From contig DTSZ01000001.1 in NCBI GenBank assembly GCA_012965045.1, forward strand, positions 684,024 through 748,023: a stretch of DNA of 64,000 nt, written 5' to 3'. The DNA comes from Candidatus Saccharimonadota bacterium. GTDB taxonomy: Bacteria > Patescibacteriota > Saccharimonadia > Saccharimonadales > DTSZ01. Made by a program: the position numbers and the translations under genes. Shown in pieces: positions 63,858-64,000 of this stretch. The stretch's first letter is position 1. Each line of letters starts with the position of its first letter. The notes beneath the pieces are model-generated. The model searched no databases. It was not told the origin of the DNA and saw only the letters and a list, made by a program, of their open reading frames with translations.

Positions 63858-64000
63858 TTAACTCCCACCTGCTCCGGCAGCTTCTTCAAGGGCCTGGCCT
63901 TGTTGGTTTTGTTCAGATAAGTCTTGGAAATCTTCTGGACTGACCGCAGAATCGCCTGCGTCAAAATCTTCTCCTAGTTCTTCTTCTAGTTCTTCAGTAT
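63858..64000 (-). CDS. 3' end of an ORF entering from beyond the window (acidic C-terminus ...EELEEELGEDFDAGDSAVSPEDFQDLSEQNQQGQALEEAAGAGGS)
   Basis: Open frame from the window edge to TAA at 63860-63858, 7 nt upstream of the next gene's ATG. Probably part of the same operon. Confidence 0.4.
   Translation of the reverse strand, partial: TEELEEELGEDFDAGDSAVSPEDFQDLSEQNQQGQALEEAAGAGGS

Overview
This 64-kb chromosomal window is densely coded (about 45-50% GC by eye). The gene content suggests a small-genome, monoderm-type bacterium, probably Candidate Phyla Radiation/Patescibacteria and possibly Saccharibacteria; that placement is inference, not a database result. Five things stand out. (1) Housekeeping and envelope genes at 0-19.6 kb include a heliorhodopsin, a cupredoxin, an Fe-S-less MutY-like glycosylase, a block of orphan genes and tRNA-Asn. 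(2) A roughly 19-kb surface-glycan locus (19.7-38.3 kb: galU, manC-like, Wzy/O-antigen-ligase family, WbaP-like priming transferase, five GT4 enzymes) encloses a markedly AT-rich ~7-kb island at ~29.8-36.9 kb. The island carries a pyruvyl transferase, an FkbM methyltransferase and a Wzm/Wzt ABC exporter. The same locus holds large secreted proteins, one with a perfect 265-bp in-frame duplication. (3) The replication-origin neighbourhood is jag-yidC-rnpA-rpmH <> dnaA-dnaN-recF, with DnaA-box clusters. (4) A minus-strand, translationally coupled Gram-positive-type type IV secretion-like operon of at least 16 kb (47.9-64 kb) encodes two VirB6/TrbL-like paralogues, a PrgI/VirB3-like protein, VirB4 and two peptidoglycan hydrolases. 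No relaxase or coupling protein is seen in the window. (5) Strand-asymmetric, low-complexity intergenic tracts recur across the window. They share a GATGGAAGA core and appear linked to a four-helix-bundle (23S rRNA IVS protein / Avd-like) gene and to a decayed copy of it. Other recurring non-coding features are an AT-only palindromic element in two copies and leaderless-type promoters. No CRISPR array, rRNA, integrase or transposase was seen.
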